From Mycobacterium tuberculosis H37Rv (lineage in GTDB: Bacteria; Actinomycetota; Actinomycetes; Mycobacteriales; Mycobacteriaceae): a stretch of DNA of 32,000 bases. Position numbers and translations under genes: made by a program. The notes under the pieces were generated by a model. It searched no databases, was not told the origin of the DNA, and saw nothing but the letters and a program-made list of their open reading frames with translations. This document shows positions 1 to 12,693 of this stretch, one piece after another (the first letter of the stretch is position 1; each line of letters opens with the position of its first letter). The stretch covers positions 1,920,001 to 1,952,000 of the forward strand of contig NC_000962.3 of assembly GCF_000195955.2 (NCBI RefSeq), given 5' to 3'.

Positions 1-1446
1 GATGGACCGTCGCGCGCCTACCTCGGCGGCCGCGGTGTACCCGCCAAATCGTTGAGCGGTTTCACGAACGAGCTGCTTACTCTGCACGGGCAGAACGACC
101 AGCTGCGGTTGATGCGCCCGGACGAACAACGTGGTGCACTGGACCGCTTTGCGGCCGCTGGCGAAGCCGTCCAGCGTTACCGCAAGCTGCGGGATGCCTG
201 GCTAACGGCCCGACGCGACCTCGTCGACCGTCGCAACCGGGCCCGGGAACTAGCGCAAGAGGCCGATCGGCTGAAATTCGCGCTCAACGAGATCGACACC
301 GTCGACCCGCAGCCGGGGGAGGACGTGGCGTTGGTCGCCGACATCGCCCGGCTTTCCGAACTGGACACCCTGCGGGAGGCCGCGACTACTGCACGCGCGA
401 CGTTGTGCGGGACACCAGACGCGGACGCATTCGACCGCGGCGCCGTCGACAGCCTCGGGCGGGCACGTGCGGCACTGCAATCGAGCGATGATGCCGCGTT
501 GCGGGGGTTGGCCGAACAGGTCGGTGAGGCGTTGACGGTGGTCGTCGATGCGGTCGCCGAGCTCGGCGCCTACCTGGACGAGCTGCCCGCCGACGCCAGC
601 GCGCTGGACGCCAAGCTGGCGCGCCAAGCCCAGCTGCGAACGTTAACCCGCAAGTACGCCGCCGACATCGATGGCGTGCTCCGGTGGGCGGATGAGGCGA
701 GGGCAAGGCTGGCTCAACTCGACGTCTCCGAAGAAGGGCTGGCAGCGCTGGAACGCCGTACCGGTGAGCTCGCCCACGAATTAGGCCAAGCCGCAGTTGA
801 TCTCAGCACGATCCGGCGGAAGGCGGCCAAGCGGCTGGCCAAGGAGGTCAGCGCGGAGCTGTCCGCCCTGGCGATGGCCGATGCCGAATTCACCATCGGT
901 GTGACCACAGAGCTGGCCGACCACGGCGATCCCGTCGCCTTGGCCCTGGCGTCGGGCGAATTGGCCCGGGCCGGTGCCGATGGCGTCGATGCGGTCGAGT
1001 TCGGTTTCGTCGCACACCGGGGGATGACAGTGCTGCCGCTGGCCAAGAGCGCATCCGGCGGCGAACTGTCCCGGGTGATGTTGTCCCTGGAGGTGGTGCT
1101 GGCTACTTCGCGAAAACAAGCGGCTGGCACCACGATGGTGTTCGACGAGATCGACGCCGGCGTCGGCGGCTGGGCTGCGGTACAGATCGGGCGGCGGCTG
1201 GCGCGGTTGGCTCGCACCCACCAGGTCATCGTGGTCACCCATCTGCCGCAGGTCGCCGCCTATGCCGATGTGCACTTGATGGTGCAGCGCACCGGGCGCG
1301 ACGGTGCCAGCGGTGTGCGGCGCCTGACCAGCGAGGATCGGGTGGCCGAGCTGGCACGGATGCTGGCCGGGCTTGGTGATTCCGACAGTGGTCGCGCGCA
1401 CGCGCGGGAGTTACTCGAGACCGCGCAGAACGACGAGCTCACCTAG
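1..1446 (+). CDS. recN: DNA repair protein RecN, 5' end outside window
   Basis: Frame is open from base 1 (DGPSRAYLGGRGVPAKSLSGFTNELLTLHGQNDQLRL). C-terminal SMC-like ABC signature ASGGELSRVMLSLEVVL, Walker B TMVFDEIDAGVGG, and VIVVTHLPQVAAYAD are typical of RecN. Confidence 0.97.
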   Translation, partial: DGPSRAYLGGRGVPAKSLSGFTNELLTLHGQNDQLRLMRPDEQRGALDRFAAAGEAVQRYRKLRDAWLTARRDLVDRRNRARELAQEADRLKFALNEIDTVDPQPGEDVALVADIARLSELDTLREAATTARATLCGTPDADAFDRGAVDSLGRARAALQSSDDAALRGLAEQVGEALTVVVDAVAELGAYLDELPADASALDAKLARQAQLRTLTRKYAADIDGVLRWADEARARLAQLDVSEEGLAALERRTGELAHELGQAAVDLSTIRRKAAKRLAKEVSAELSALAMADAEFTIGVTTELADHGDPVALALASGELARAGADGVDAVEFGFVAHRGMTVLPLAKSASGGELSRVMLSLEVVLATSRKQAAGTTMVFDEIDAGVGGWAAVQIGRRLARLARTHQVIVVTHLPQVAAYADVHLMVQRTGRDGASGVRRLTSEDRVAELARMLAGLGDSDSGRAHARELLETAQNDELT

Positions 1447-1541
1447 CAAGGCTGTGACTGAAGTGATGTCATATAACTTGTGAGGCTAATGTTACGGCGC
1501 GCCTCCACGCACCTGCCCAGCTTCACCGCCAGAATCCCCCC

Positions 1542-2723
1542 ATGAGGATGTCAGCGCTTCTGTCCCGTAACACCTCCCGGCCGGGCCTGATCGGCATCGC
1601 CCGGGTCGACCGGAATATCGACCGATTGCTGCGTAGGGTCTGTCCCGGCGACATTGTGGTTCTCGACGTCCTGGATCTGGACCGCATCACCGCCGATGCA
1701 CTGGTGGAAGCGGAGATCGCCGCCGTGGTAAACGCATCGTCGTCTGTCTCGGGCCGCTATCCGAACCTCGGTCCAGAGGTGTTGGTCACCAACGGTGTCA
1801 CGCTGATCGACGAGACCGGACCGGAGATTTTCAAAAAGGTCAAAGACGGTGCCAAGGTTCGCTTGTATGAAGGCGGGGTGTACGCCGGCGACCGCCGGCT
1901 GATCCGCGGTACCGAGCGTACGGATCATGACATCGCCGACCTGATGCGGGAGGCCAAGAGCGGGTTGGTCGCCCACTTGGAGGCGTTCGCCGGCAACACA
2001 ATTGAGTTCATCCGCAGTGAAAGCCCGCTATTGATCGACGGCATCGGGATTCCCGATGTCGACGTCGATCTGCGGCGTCGGCACGTGGTGATCGTCGCCG
2101 ACGAACCCAGCGGACCCGATGACCTGAAGTCCCTCAAGCCGTTCATCAAGGAGTACCAACCGGTGCTGGTTGGTGTGGGCACCGGCGCGGACGTGTTGCG
2201 CAAGGCGGGGTATCGCCCGCAGCTCATCGTCGGCGACCCTGACCAAATCAGCACCGAGGTGCTCAAGTGCGGTGCCCAGGTGGTGTTGCCCGCCGACGCC
2301 GATGGACACGCGCCGGGCCTGGAGCGAATCCAGGATCTCGGTGTCGGCGCCATGACATTCCCGGCCGCGGGCTCGGCGACGGATCTGGCCTTGTTGCTGG
2401 CCGACCATCATGGCGCGGCGCTACTCGTCACCGCCGGCCACGCTGCCAACATCGAGACGTTCTTCGACCGCACGCGTGTGCAAAGCAACCCTTCGACCTT
2501 CCTCACCAGACTCCGGGTAGGGGAGAAGTTGGTGGACGCCAAGGCGGTGGCCACGCTCTACCGCAACCACATCTCGGGCGGCGCCATCGCATTGCTGGCA
2601 CTGACCATGCTGATCGCCATCATCGTGGCACTGTGGGTATCCCGCACCGACGGCGTGGTCCTGCATTGGATCATCGACTACTGGAACCGATTCTCACTTT
2701 GGGTGCAGCACTTGGTCTCCTAG
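1542..2723 (+). CDS. steA: SteA-like protein (Rv1697-type), predicted C-terminal transmembrane segment, thiamin pyrophosphokinase-like domain
   Basis: 393 aa ORF with hydrophobic helix near the C-terminus (GGAIALLALTMLIAIIVALWV); located directly upstream of the mctB/steB homologue. Confidence 0.85.
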   Translation: MRMSALLSRNTSRPGLIGIARVDRNIDRLLRRVCPGDIVVLDVLDLDRITADALVEAEIAAVVNASSSVSGRYPNLGPEVLVTNGVTLIDETGPEIFKKVKDGAKVRLYEGGVYAGDRRLIRGTERTDHDIADLMREAKSGLVAHLEAFAGNTIEFIRSESPLLIDGIGIPDVDVDLRRRHVVIVADEPSGPDDLKSLKPFIKEYQPVLVGVGTGADVLRKAGYRPQLIVGDPDQISTEVLKCGAQVVLPADADGHAPGLERIQDLGVGAMTFPAAGSATDLALLLADHHGAALLVTAGHAANIETFFDRTRVQSNPSTFLTRLRVGEKLVDAKAVATLYRNHISGGAIALLALTMLIAIIVALWVSRTDGVVLHWIIDYWNRFSLWVQHLVS

Positions 2724-2744
2724 GTTTTCTTGGACGGTGGGTTC

Positions 2745-6201
<3,457 letters not shown>

Positions 6202-6205
<4 letters not shown>

Positions 6206-7137
6206 AGACGCTGGCACTGCAATTGCAGGGCTACCTCGACCATCTGACGATCGAACGAGGTGTCGCGGCAAACACATTGAGCTCCTACCGACGTGATCTG
6301 CGCCGCTACTCCAAGCACCTGGAAGAACGAGGGATTACCGATCTGGCCAAGGTCGGCGAGCACGACGTCAGCGAGTTCCTGGTGGCATTGCGGCGCGGGG
6401 ATCCTGATTCCGGCACGGCGGCGTTGTCCGCGGTGTCGGCGGCACGGGCGCTGATCGCGGTGCGCGGGCTGCATCGCTTCGCTGCCGCAGAAGGGCTGGC
6501 CGAACTGGACGTGGCGCGCGCCGTCCGGCCACCGACGCCGAGCCGGCGATTGCCTAAGAGCCTGACAATCGACGAGGTGCTATCGCTGCTCGAAGGTGCG
6601 GGCGGCGATAAACCGTCCGACGGCCCGCTGACGCTGCGAAACCGTGCGGTGCTGGAACTGCTGTACTCGACCGGGGCGCGGATCTCCGAGGCCGTCGGCC
6701 TTGACCTCGACGACATCGACACCCACGCCAGATCGGTGTTGTTGCGCGGCAAGGGTGGTAAGCAGCGGCTGGTTCCGGTGGGACGCCCGGCAGTGCACGC
6801 GCTGGACGCCTATCTGGTGCGGGGACGGCCCGACTTAGCGCGGCGGGGCCGCGGAACGGCGGCGATCTTTCTCAACGCGCGCGGCGGCCGGTTGTCACGG
6901 CAAAGCGCGTGGCAGGTTCTGCAGGACGCGGCCGAGCGTGCCGGCATCACCGCCGGTGTTTCGCCGCATATGTTGAGGCATTCGTTCGCCACGCATCTGC
7001 TGGAGGGTGGCGCCGATGTCCGGGTGGTGCAGGAATTGCTGGGGCACGCCTCGGTGACCACGACGCAGATCTATACCCTGGTCACCGTCCATGCACTGCG
7101 CGAGGTGTGGGCGGGAGCTCACCCGCGGGCACGCTAA
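6202..7137 (+). CDS. xerD: Tyrosine recombinase XerD
   Basis: ATG overlaps previous stop by 4 nt (ATGA). Motifs [47 protein letters not shown]. Confidence 0.97.
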
Positions 7138-7210
7138 GCGATGACCGTCACTAGCGGTAGCGGTTGCTGGTCACTTGGCTCGCCCGCGACACAGAGGTTG
7201 CGCCTCTCGC

Positions 7211-8575
7211 TCATGGATCGTCTTCGTCGCTGTCGTGCAGGAGTTTTTCGGGGTGAAAGTAACTGTTGGTGCGGGGTTGTCCATGGTCGAGGTGGGCTGG
7301 GGGAAGCCATTCGGTGGTGCCGTCTTTGCGTTTGCGGGTGATCCAGCCCCCGGTGGTGGCCAGTTGGTGGTGGGGGCCGCAGCCCTGGGTGAGTTCGTTG
7401 ATGTCGGTTTCTTGGCATTGGGCGAAGTCCGTCACATGATGCACCTCGGTGAGATAGCCCGGTACGTCGCAGTTGGGGAACGAGCAGCCGCGGTCCTTGG
7501 CGTAGAGGACGATTCGCTGTCCGGGTGAGGCTAGCCGCTTGGTGTGATAGAGGGCCAGCTCGCGGCCGTGGTCGAAGATACGTAGGTAGTGGTTGGCGTG
7601 GCTGGCCAGCCGGATCACGTCGCTCATGGGCAGCAGGGTGCCGCCGCCGGTCAGCGCGTGGCCGGCGCGTGATTGCAGTTCGGTCAGGCTGGTGGACACG
7701 ATGATGGCCGCGGGTAGCCCGTTGTGTTGGCCCAGCTCCCCCGAGCACAGCAGGGCCCGCAGCGCGGCCAGCAGGCCGTCGTGGTGGCGTTGGCCGGCGC
7801 TGCGGGTGTCGGCCTCGATCGCGGCCTGTGACGGGGTGCCGGCCAGGCAGGGGGTGTCATCGGCGGGGTTGGCCATGCCGGGGGCGGCCAGCTTGGCCAA
7901 CACGGCGTCGACGGTGGCGCGGGCTTCGGGGGTCAGGTAGCCGCTGATCGCCGACATGCCGTCGGGGCCTTGGTTGCCCAGGATGATGCTGCGGCGGCGG
8001 GCGCGGTCGGTGTCGTTGTAGTTGCCGTCGGGGTTCAAACAGTCGGCGAGTTTGGTGGCTAGTTTGTGTAGTTGGTCGGGGCGAAACCGGCCGCCTAGGG
8101 TGGCCAGCTCGGCTTCGGCTTTCTCCCGGGTGGGTAGGTCCACATGGTGGGGTAGCTGGTGCAGGAAGCAGCGGATGACCTGCACGTGGGCGGGGCCGAG
8201 GTGGCCGGCGCGTTGGGCGGCGGCGGTGGCGGTCAGCAACGGGGGCAGGGGTTGGCCGGTTAGCGTGCGGCGTGGGCCCAGGTCGGCGGCTTCATGGATG
8301 CGTCGGGATGCTTCGCCGCGGCTGATGTGTAGCCGTTCGGCCAGGGCGAAGGGTAGTTTGCCGCCCAGTTCGGTTTGGTCGGTTTGGTCGGCGAGTTTGT
8401 TGATGAAGGGGTGTTCGGCGGCGGGTAGGCGCCGACGGATCTTTTCGCAGCGCTGCAGCATTGCCAGGCATTCCGGGATGGTCAGGTCGTCAGGGGAGAC
8501 CTTCAGGACCCGGTTAAGGGCGGTGTCGAGGTTGTCGAACGCGGCGACGGCCTCCTCCCGGCTACTCGAATACAT
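7211..8575 (-). CDS. 13E12 repeat family protein with DUF222-like and HNH-like region (Rv1702c-type)
   Basis: 454 aa; C-terminal [42 protein letters not shown] is the HNH-like motif of REP13E12 proteins. Confidence 0.94.
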
Positions 8576-8581
8576 GTTCGA
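8566..8581 (-). promoter_or_regulatory. Candidate LexA/SOS box TCGAATACATGTTCGA
   Basis: Matches mycobacterial consensus TCGAAC-N4-GTTCGA with one mismatch; overlaps the start codon of the 13E12 gene. Confidence 0.75.
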
Positions 8582-8836
8582 ATACTATCACGGTTAGCCG
8601 GCCGATGCCATGCTGATTGTGGGTTAATCCAATGTGGTGCAGTTGAATTCAGGAGCATCGCCAGCCGCGAGGCCACGCCTATTCGGCGAGCATAATGGTC
8701 GGCTCGGAGACATCCAGCAACATGAGGCGATGAAGACATCACGTGCGATGGGTGGTCACGGTGGGCAGCTCTGACGCGCTGTTTCGCGTAGTCGACGGCG
8801 TGCAGGTAGCCCCGGCCTTGACACGTTCCGGCCCGC

Positions 8837-9007
8837 TCAAGCGAGTAGTCCGCGGATGTCGTCGACGGTGGGTACGGAGCCGAAGGCGTTGCCGTCGTCG
8901 ACGACGCTGGCGAATAGGTTTGAGGTCCAGCCCGAAGCCGCGGGCTTGAGGCTGATGAGGAAAACCGGCGCGTTGCGCTCGTTGAACTGCTGGATCACAT
9001 TGGGGCG
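8837..9007 (-). pseudogene. Remnant resembling the C-terminal part of an SNF2-type helicase
   Basis: Minus-strand frame reads RPNVIQQFNERNAPVFLISLKPAASGWTSNLFASVVDDGNAFGSVPTVDDIRGLLA*; FNER..PVFLISLK resembles the SNF2 motif around FLLSLKAGGTGLNL. No complete ORF. Confidence 0.45.
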
Positions 9008-9130
9008 TCATCGAGGTCGATCGACGGATACATCAGGGAATGCATGGCCGCACCGTATCGACTCGGTCTGACAGCCATCCGCAGCCACACCGCAACCGCA
9101 CGCGATGACCAATCGACGACTAACCGTCGA

Positions 9131-9880
9131 CTAACCCAGGTATTCGGACTCCAATACCAAGTCGGGCACCAGGGTCTGGTATTCGAGGTGCGTCTTGTGC
9201 TCAATGGTGTTCCATGACATGCCTTGTTGCCGGCGCATATATGCACGGTACTTCGGCGCGCCGGGCACCCTGACATTGTCGGCAACCACGATCGAGCCCG
9301 GGTGCAACCAGCCCCGGTCTAGGATGCTCTGCAGATCGGGCAGGTAAGCCTTCTTGTCATGGTCGAGGAACACAAAATCGAGTGTGCCAGTTGCGAATCC
9401 GTGCTCGGTTAGCGCGTCCAGGGTGCGCCCACCGTCGCCGATGGTGCCGACCACGCACACCACCCTGTCATCGACGCCGGCATGCGCCCATATTCGCCGG
9501 GCGTTGCTGGCGTTGGCTTCGGCGAGTTCGACGGAGTACACCCTGGCCTCCGGAGCGGCCCGGGCGATCCGCAGCGCGCCGTAGCCGAGGTAGGTGCCCA
9601 ACTCCAGCGCCAATGCCGGGTCGGCGCGCCGAACCGCCGCGTCGAGCAGCGTCCCTTTCTCGTCACCGACGTTGATGAGCATCGACTTCTCATAGGCGAA
9701 CTTGTCGATGGTGGCCAGCACGTCGTCGATGTTGCCGGCCCCGGCGTGGGCGAGGACATAGTCGACGGCCGCCGCTTCGCGTCCATCACCGATCTGGCCC
9801 GTCGTGGTGATATTGCGGATCCCGGCCGCCATCCGCCAGACCGACCACCGCAACGGGGCAATGCGCGCTTTGCGAATCAT
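9131..9880 (-). CDS. SAM-dependent O-methyltransferase, catechol O-methyltransferase-like (Rv1703c-type)
   Basis: INVGDEKGTLLDAAV, LELGTYLGYGALRIA, DFVFLDHDKKAYLPDLQ. The commonly annotated GTG start would be 9721 (196 aa); the longer ORF start at 9880 appears plausible. Confidence 0.85.
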   Translation of the reverse strand: MIRKARIAPLRWSVWRMAAGIRNITTTGQIGDGREAAAVDYVLAHAGAGNIDDVLATIDKFAYEKSMLINVGDEKGTLLDAAVRRADPALALELGTYLGYGALRIARAAPEARVYSVELAEANASNARRIWAHAGVDDRVVCVVGTIGDGGRTLDALTEHGFATGTLDFVFLDHDKKAYLPDLQSILDRGWLHPGSIVVADNVRVPGAPKYRAYMRRQQGMSWNTIEHKTHLEYQTLVPDLVLESEYLG

Positions 9881-11456
9881 CGCTCGCTAGCTTACGCACA
9901 GATTTCGCGGACCTGCGGGCACCTGGTTCACCTGCTGACACTGGCTCGACGACGACCGCACTTCGGAGTTTGGGCCGCGCGTGGATTTTCATTGCAAGCC
10001 TGGCCATACCGCGGCCGAGCTGCTGACGAACCCCGACGACCTGGCAGTGAAAACCAAAGCTGCGGCGGCTCTGCCGGCGCTGGGTGACGAGCCAACCCAC
10101 GGCGAGCAGCACGAACCATAGCGGGAACCACGCCAACGCGGTTGCGGTTTCGGTTTCGGTGGTAAGTGTCCAGATCACGAACGCGAAAAACACCAGCACG
10201 GCCCAGCACATCACCACGCCACCGGGCATCTTGTACACCGAGTCGGTGTGACGCTGTGGGTGTCGGCGACGGTAGACGAGGTAGCTGATGATGATCATTG
10301 CCCACACAAACATGAACAGCAGGGATGAGACCGTCGTGACGAGTGTGAACGCCCCAATCACCGACCGACCGGCATAGAGCAGCGGGATGGAGGTCAGCAG
10401 TAGCGGAGCCGTCAGCAGCAGGGCGGGTGCGGGCACGCCGCCGCGATTGAGTTGGTGGAAAGCGGCCGGAGCGTGGCCTTCGTCGGCGAGGCCGAAAAGC
10501 ATTCGCCCGGTGGAGAAGAAGCCGGAGTTCGCTGACGAGGCCGCTGCGGTGACCACGACGAAGTTGACGACCGACGCCGCAGCGGCAAGTCCGGCTAGGG
10601 AGAACATCGTCACAAACGGGGACTCGCCACTGGCGAACTGCCGCCACGGCACGACGGCCAGGATCGCCAGCAGGGCACCGATGTAGAACACCGCGACCCG
10701 CAACGGCACGGCATTGATCGCGCGGGGAAGGGTGCGGCGCGGGTCCGCTGTCTCAGCCGCGGCGGTGCCAACGAGCTCCACACCGATGTATGCGAAAAAC
10801 GCGATCTGAAAGCCACTGACCACGCCCAGGAAACCCGTTGGGAAGAACCCGTTGTCGTTCCACAGGTTCTCGATGGTCGCGTGCACACCATGAGGGGAGA
10901 CGAAGTTGGTTGCCACCAGGATCGCGCCGACGGCGATGAGGCACACGATGGCAGCGACCTTGATCAATGCGAACCAAAACTCCAGCTCCCCGAAGTGGCG
11001 GACGCTGAACAAATTGACAGCGAGAATCAGGGCGACCGTGACCAGGGCCGGGACCCAGATTGGCAAGCCGGGCCACCAAAACCTGGCATAGCCGGTGATC
11101 GCGACGAGGTCTGCGATCCCGGTGACCACCCATGCGAACCAGTACGACCACCCCACGAAAAAGCCCGCCGCCGGGCCCCGGAGGTCGGCGGCGAAGTCAA
11201 CGAACGACTTGTAGTTCAGGTTCGACAGCAGCAGCTCGCCCATCGCGCGCAACACAAAAAACACAAAAAACCCAATGATCCCGTAGACCACCATGACCGC
11301 CGGACCGGCGAGCGAGATCGTTCGCCCAGATCCCATGAATAGGCCGGTGCCGATCGCGCCTCCAATCGCGATCAACTGAATATGGCGGTTGGCAAGGTCC
11401 CGACGCAGGTGCGGCTGGGTGTCTGTCGGGTCGGCAGCCGCGATATCGTCCGGCAT
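9786..11456 (-). CDS. cycA: Amino acid permease, D-serine/alanine/glycine transporter-like (Rv1704c-type)
   Basis: RHIQLIAIGGAIGTGLFMGSGRTISLAGPAVMVVYGIIGFFVFFVLRAMGELLLSN; 12-TM-like APC superfamily profile; start at MPDDIAAAD. Confidence 0.92.
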   Translation of the reverse strand: MPDDIAAADPTDTQPHLRRDLANRHIQLIAIGGAIGTGLFMGSGRTISLAGPAVMVVYGIIGFFVFFVLRAMGELLLSNLNYKSFVDFAADLRGPAAGFFVGWSYWFAWVVTGIADLVAITGYARFWWPGLPIWVPALVTVALILAVNLFSVRHFGELEFWFALIKVAAIVCLIAVGAILVATNFVSPHGVHATIENLWNDNGFFPTGFLGVVSGFQIAFFAYIGVELVGTAAAETADPRRTLPRAINAVPLRVAVFYIGALLAILAVVPWRQFASGESPFVTMFSLAGLAAAASVVNFVVVTAAASSANSGFFSTGRMLFGLADEGHAPAAFHQLNRGGVPAPALLLTAPLLLTSIPLLYAGRSVIGAFTLVTTVSSLLFMFVWAMIIISYLVYRRRHPQRHTDSVYKMPGGVVMCWAVLVFFAFVIWTLTTETETATALAWFPLWFVLLAVGWLVTQRRQSRRSFGFHCQVVGVRQQLGRGMARLAMKIHARPKLRSAVVVEPVSAGEPGARRSAKSVRKLASDDSQSAHCPVAVVGLADGGRDPQYHHDGPDR

Positions 11457-11496
11457 ATATGGCGTCCTCGAGTTCTGGGGTAGGGAAGGCCTCGCG

Positions 11497-12654
11497 TTAT
11501 CCGGCAAACGGCGGCCGGGACATCACCGTAACCCGGAACCCGTAGCGGGGACCCGCACCCCCCGTACCGGTGCCCGAACCGGCTAGCGGCATGCCGCCCA
11601 ACAGGTTTCCCGCCGCACCGGCCTCCGGTTGCTCGACGATATCGCTGACCAGGGGTGCGGAGGCCGAACCCACGGTCGGGGCTAGGCTCGGACTGGCCCC
11701 TGCCCAGTTGGGCGGCAGCGATAACTTGCCGATGGTGGCCGCGTTGCCTAGACCCGCGGATACGGGTCCGGTACCGCCAACCGCGGCGCCGACGGCCGCC
11801 GGCGCCGCGGCGGCAGCTTCGGCGGCCTCGGGACCGATCCATCCCAGCGCCCGCCACGATGTAATAAGGCTGTTGCCAATACCAATGGCGAAATATGGCA
11901 AACCCACGGTGTTGTAAAACAGCTGTGATATCGGCAGATACCAGTTGATGAACCATTCCAGCCACCCCGGGGTCGCGGCGGCGGTCAACGCGGACGACAG
12001 GGGCGAGGTGAGGCCCAGCAGCGTGTTGGGCAAGTGGGCGATCAGCTCCGCTATTGCGCTCTGCGCCGCGCCGGCTGAGGTGCCGGCGGCTTTGGCGACT
12101 GCGGACAACTGCGTCGCCGCGGCGGATGGGCTGGTGGTGTTCGGCGGCGGGGCAAACGGCGTCACTTTGGTCGCGGTCGCCGAGGAGCCCGCGTAACCGT
12201 ACATGGCCATGGCGTCTTGGGCCCACATTTCAGCGTATTGAGCTTCGGTGGCCGCGATTGATGCGGTGTTTTGACCGAACACGTTATGCGTGACCAGCGA
12301 CGTGAGCCGCGCGCGATTGGCCGCGATCAGCGGCGGGGGCACAATGGCGGCAAACGCGGTTTCGTAAGCGGCCGCCGCCGCACGCGCCTGACTGGCTGCC
12401 TGCTCAGCTTGGATGGCGGTGGCTCGCATCCACGCCACATACGGGGCGACCGCTTCGACCATCAACGTCGACGCCGGACCCAGCCATTCTTCGGTTTGCA
12501 GCGTCGTGATCACCCGCTCGTAGCCGACGGCGGCCACACTGAGCTCGGCGGCCAGCCCGTTCCACGCGGACGCTGCGGCAACCATCGGTGCCGAGCCCGG
12601 GCCGCAATACATGCGCCCGGAGTTCACCTCCGGTGGCAACGCCCCAAAATCCAT
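11497..12654 (-). CDS. PPE22: PPE family protein PPE22, SVP-like subgroup
   Basis: [38 protein letters not shown]; C-terminal [16 protein letters not shown] typical of PPE-SVP proteins; 385 aa. Confidence 0.95.
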
Positions 12655-12693
12655 CGCTATGAACTCCTTACCTCGTCACGGGTTTTCGGTGGG

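Noticed and set aside
177-1442. Multiple minus-strand ORFs opposite recN (up to 206 aa)
   Set aside because: Shadow ORFs expected in high-GC DNA; the plus-strand frame has clear RecN motifs.
8022-8597. 191-aa plus-strand ORF opposite the 13E12 gene
   Set aside because: Antisense shadow of a clearly coding region, with no recognisable domain.
11372-12226. 284-aa minus-strand ORF overlapping PPE22
   Set aside because: Frame-shifted reading of PPE22 with Arg/Gly-rich shadow composition.
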